Both the position numbers and the translations under genes were made by a program. A DNA stretch of 64,000 bases from an uncultured delta proteobacterium (GTDB taxonomy: Bacteria; Myxococcota_A; Polyangia; Polyangiales; B10-G4), in assembly GCA_963727445.1 (NCBI GenBank), contig CAVSGI010000021.1, forward strand, positions 320,001-384,000. Reading direction: 5' to 3'. The notes below the pieces were generated by a model. It ran no database searches. It was given only the letters and a program-made list of their open reading frames with translations, and was not told the DNA's origin. Positions 60,786 through 64,000 of this stretch are shown piece after piece; positions within the stretch are counted from its first letter, which is position 1, and the number at the start of each line of letters is the position of its first letter.

Positions 60786-62432
60786 CTACTTCTTGTTGTT
60801 GCCGCCGCCGAAGAGCTTCGACAGGAACCCGCCGTCGTCCTTCTTCTTGCGCATGTTGGCCAGGCGCACCTCGCGCATCGCCTCGGTGTGGCGCGGGTTG
60901 ATGTTGATCACCCGGCGGAAGCACCTCAGCGCCTGCTTGTCGTCGCCCATGCGCTTGAGGACCATGCCCCGGTAGTAGTGCGCCTTCTCGTGGTTCTCGT
61001 TTCGCTCGATCGCGCCGTCGAGCAGCGTCATCTGCTCGTCGAAGGGCGGCTTGCCGCGCGAAAGCTGAAAGAGGCACCACGCCTTCATCGCCATCGAGTC
61101 GGGGTCCTCGGGGTTGAGCTCGGCGGCCTCTTCGGCGAGGTCGAGGGCGCCCTGCCAGTCGTGGCGCTTGAGGAAGACCTCCGCGCGCTGCATCGCCATG
61201 GCGCTCTCGACGATGGCGTTCACCTGCCGCGCCGACTCCGGCGTGCCGCCTCCGGCCTCGACGCTGCGGATGTAGTCCCTGCGCTTCCCCTCGTCGGTGA
61301 GCGTGTCCTTGGCCTTGGTCAGGTGATAGAAGATGACGTCCGCGAACTCGCGCAGGGGCATCAGCTCGGGCGGCAGGCGGTCGGGATGCCATATCTTCGC
61401 CTTCTCGAAGTACGCATCGCGGACGGCCTGACCCTTGTCGTTCTTCGAGATCTCGAGCATCTCGAAGTAGTTCATGGTGTCGACCGCGACGACGAAGTCG
61501 GCGACCTCCTTCCAGCGCCCCTTGAGCTCGTCGGCGAGCTCCGGGGGGACGGGCGGCGGCGCGCCAAGATGCTCGCCGCTCTGACCCGGCCGCGAAGAGA
61601 TGCGGCGCGGGCGGTCGGACCCGACGCCCGGTCGGGACGACATGCGGTGCGGACGATCGGAGTGACGCGGACCGGGCCGCGAAGAGAAACGCCCGGGTGG
61701 GTTGCTCGCGCGCATCGACGGGCTCGAGCTGTGACGCACCCGAGCCGCTTCGTCGGGACCGGTGATGGCGCGGTGACGTCCGGTGGTGGCGCCGGGTGAA
61801 CGATGCTGCCCCGTGACCTCGCGGTCGGTGTCGTCACTGGGGGTGAAGGGCTCGATGCAGCGGGTGATCGTCAGCAGGTAGAGCAGACGTCGCGCGATGC
61901 GCTCGTTGCCGGAGGTCTGAATGAGGTCGGCGGCGTCCGTGGGCTCGGCGCGGATCAGCTCGACGAACTGCTTCTCCTTGTCGCCGAGGCCGAGGGCGCC
62001 GAGGTTGGCCCCGGTGCGGATGCGCAGCTTGAGCTGACCGAGACGCCGGAGCACGGCATCGATGGCGTCGTCCCGGGCCGCCCCGCGAAGGGAGGCGGTG
62101 ATCAGCTCGAGAGGCTCGACGTTGGATGTGAGGACGCCGTCGCCGGCACCGACCAGGTCGACCTCGTAGAAGGCGTAGGGGGCGTTGACCCGGGTGAAGA
62201 GAGGCAGCATCGAGCGCTCGAGGCTCGAGCCGCGCTGGACGAAGCGTCCCGCCACCGGCTTGCCTTCGGTGAACCGAACACGGTCCTGACCGCGCGTCGC
62301 GGTGCCTTCCTCTGGCCAGATCACCAGCGTCCCGTTCATGCGTTGTTGCAGAACGTAGAGCAGCAGGTGCGCGAACGGCCGGGAGGCGAGGGTCCCCTCG
62401 GCGATCGGATCTGGAAGCTCGGCGGCCCCCAT
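60786..62432 (-). CDS. DnaJ-domain + TPR protein with DUF4388-like N-terminus
   Basis: GTLASRPFAHLL, NYFEMLEI...AKIWHPDRL, C-terminal TPRs. Start placed at ATG 62432. Confidence 0.88.
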   Translation of the reverse strand: MGAAELPDPIAEGTLASRPFAHLLLYVLQQRMNGTLVIWPEEGTATRGQDRVRFTEGKPVAGRFVQRGSSLERSMLPLFTRVNAPYAFYEVDLVGAGDGVLTSNVEPLELITASLRGAARDDAIDAVLRRLGQLKLRIRTGANLGALGLGDKEKQFVELIRAEPTDAADLIQTSGNERIARRLLYLLTITRCIEPFTPSDDTDREVTGQHRSPGATTGRHRAITGPDEAARVRHSSSPSMRASNPPGRFSSRPGPRHSDRPHRMSSRPGVGSDRPRRISSRPGQSGEHLGAPPPVPPELADELKGRWKEVADFVVAVDTMNYFEMLEISKNDKGQAVRDAYFEKAKIWHPDRLPPELMPLREFADVIFYHLTKAKDTLTDEGKRRDYIRSVEAGGGTPESARQVNAIVESAMAMQRAEVFLKRHDWQGALDLAEEAAELNPEDPDSMAMKAWCLFQLSRGKPPFDEQMTLLDGAIERNENHEKAHYYRGMVLKRMGDDKQALRCFRRVININPRHTEAMREVRLANMRKKKDDGGFLSKLFGGGNNKK

Positions 62433-62558
62433 AGGGTCGGACGATGGTCTCACGACTCCCGGCGCCCGCCAAACGCTTCCTCCTGCTGGGAGCGGCTCCC
62501 ATCCGCGCCTGGGGAACCGAATTTGGCGGCTGCCCCCAATCCGGAGTACCCATGACCG

Positions 62559-63518
62559 GTGTCGCGCTCGGGAATCGGGGTGGTCATCAACCCCCTGTCG
62601 CGGAAGCACCGCGATGGCCCGAAGCGGGGGAAGCGACTGCGGCAAGTGCTCGACGGGGCCGGGGTGGTGGCCGAGGCCGGGACCCCCGAGCAGCTCCGCC
62701 GGGTGGCCGAGGACTTCCATCGCGCGAAGATCGACGTCCTCGCCTTGAGCGGGGGTGATGGCACCACCGGCTTCGTTCTCACGGAATTCGAAAGGGTCTA
62801 CGCCGAGGAGCCCCTGCCCAAGGTGGCCCTCCTCCGCGGCGGAACGATGAACACAATCGCCAACGGCATCGGTGTGCCTCGCGCCAAGCCCGAGAAGCTC
62901 CTCCGCGACCTGGTGCGCCGCCACAGCCGAGGCGAGGCCCTGGACTCCCGCCGCGGAGTCGCCCTGCGCACCGTGGCGGAGGACGGCATGGGCCGCTTGG
63001 GTTTCCTCTTCGGGATGGGACTGGGCTACGGCTTCCTCGAGGAGTACTACCGGCGCGGCGATCCGCACCCCACCCCTGCCGACGCTGCCAAGACCCTGGC
63101 CCACCTCTCGGCCAGCATCGTCTCGCGTGGCGAGACGGCGAAGCGGGTCGCGACCCCGGTCCCGGTGCGCATCACCGGCGATGGCCGCACCTGGGAAGAC
63201 CGCACCTACCTGACGGTGCTCGCCGGCACGGTGCCCGAGATCGGTCTCGGCTTTCGCCCCTTCTTCATGATGGAGGAAGGGGTCGAGGCCTTTCACCTCG
63301 TCGGCGTGCACGGGGCGCCGCCGCTGGTGGTCGCGCGACTGCCGAAGACACGCGCGGGCAAACCCATGGGGGACGACTGCGCCGAAGACGCGCTCCTCTC
63401 TCGCGCCACCTTCGAGTGTCCCGAGGGCACCGTGCGTTACTTCCTCGACGGCGACCTTCACCAGGCCGAGGGCTGCCTCGCGGTCGAGGTGGGCCCGAGA
63501 ATCCGTTTCGTGCAGTGA
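62559..63518 (+). CDS. Diacylglycerol/lipid kinase family protein
   Basis: VVINPLS, SGGDGT, LRGGTMNTIA, YFLDGD. Confidence 0.9.
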   Translation: MSRSGIGVVINPLSRKHRDGPKRGKRLRQVLDGAGVVAEAGTPEQLRRVAEDFHRAKIDVLALSGGDGTTGFVLTEFERVYAEEPLPKVALLRGGTMNTIANGIGVPRAKPEKLLRDLVRRHSRGEALDSRRGVALRTVAEDGMGRLGFLFGMGLGYGFLEEYYRRGDPHPTPADAAKTLAHLSASIVSRGETAKRVATPVPVRITGDGRTWEDRTYLTVLAGTVPEIGLGFRPFFMMEEGVEAFHLVGVHGAPPLVVARLPKTRAGKPMGDDCAEDALLSRATFECPEGTVRYFLDGDLHQAEGCLAVEVGPRIRFVQ

Positions 63519-63524
63519 GACGCG

Positions 63525-64000
63525 CTACGGCGTCTCGGGCGGGCTCGCGGTGTTCTGCGGGTCGGCGGTGGGGCGCTCGATGAAATCGGCGCGGTTGTCG
63601 TCGGTGTCCTGGCCGTTGCCGCGCGTGGCGTCGGTGCCGGTGGTCATGCTGGCGGGGCTGGACGCGGGACCCGCCTTGCGCTCGTAGGTGTTCACCGCCT
63701 CGTCGACCACGGCGATCATGGCGTTGCCCTCGGGGTTCATGGCGGTGCCCCAACCGAAGCGGTCGAGCTCGGTGACGCCATTCACGATGCGTACGTGGCC
63801 GCCCAGGCCGTTGAGCCCGGAAGGCCACTGAGCGCCCGGGTCGAGGGTGGTGGCCCGCGAGTAGTTGCCCCCGCCGACCAGATAGAAGCCGTGGGCGCCG
63901 ATGGTCGCGCCAGGCGGGAACTGGGTGCGGTTGCTCCAGGTTGTCCCCGCCGAGGATTGGTACTGGATCTGGAGGCCCGAGACGTCGATGGGGAAGTCCA
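63525..64000 (-). CDS. Lamin-tail-domain protein, 5' end outside the window
   Basis: Manual translation gives PIDVSGLQIQYQSSAG, ATIGAHGFYLVG, GGHVRI, LDRFGWG, DTDDNRADF, PQN. Confidence 0.8.
   Translation of the reverse strand, partial: DFPIDVSGLQIQYQSSAGTTWSNRTQFPPGATIGAHGFYLVGGGNYSRATTLDPGAQWPSGLNGLGGHVRIVNGVTELDRFGWGTAMNPEGNAMIAVVDEAVNTYERKAGPASSPASMTTGTDATRGNGQDTDDNRADFIERPTADPQNTASPPETP

Overview
Very GC-rich chromosomal window that reads like a myxobacterium (Myxococcota, probably Polyangia-like). The evidence is a MYXO-CTERM protein, many Cys-rich lipoproteins, a TPR/PEGA-lipoprotein pair, a GKAD lipoprotein and a DUF2378-like protein. It holds about 59 tightly packed genes. Housekeeping: nadB, metK, PBP1A, a TrmH-family methylase, uvrD/pcrA, rsmG, and the jag-yidC-yidD-rnpA-rpmH block followed by radC. 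Signalling: a RegB-like kinase with a sigma54 response regulator, a HAMP kinase, an ECF sigma/anti-sigma pair and a REC-FHA protein. Envelope and redox: two paralogous triple-DsbA proteins, a PspA operon and many secreted Cys-rich proteins. I see no rRNA, tRNA, CRISPR, prophage or defence system. Many single-base frameshifts, densest at about 38-43.4 kb, are probably sequencing or consensus errors. Best leads: (1) a secreted, Cys-pair-bearing upstream ORF ending in an RPP arrest-like motif, followed by a structured spacer, in front of a triple-DsbA gene (candidate translation-arrest sensor of oxidative folding or export); (2) a recurrent TANNNT box 6-9 nt before SD-less start codons, suggesting widespread leaderless mRNAs; (3) a 163-bp TA-flanked MITE with a second partial copy; (4) a RegB/RegA-flavoured sigma54 two-component system; (5) a GNAT-YbjN-PspA-FmdB cluster; (6) a structured metK leader. 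All family assignments come from motif recognition, not database searches.
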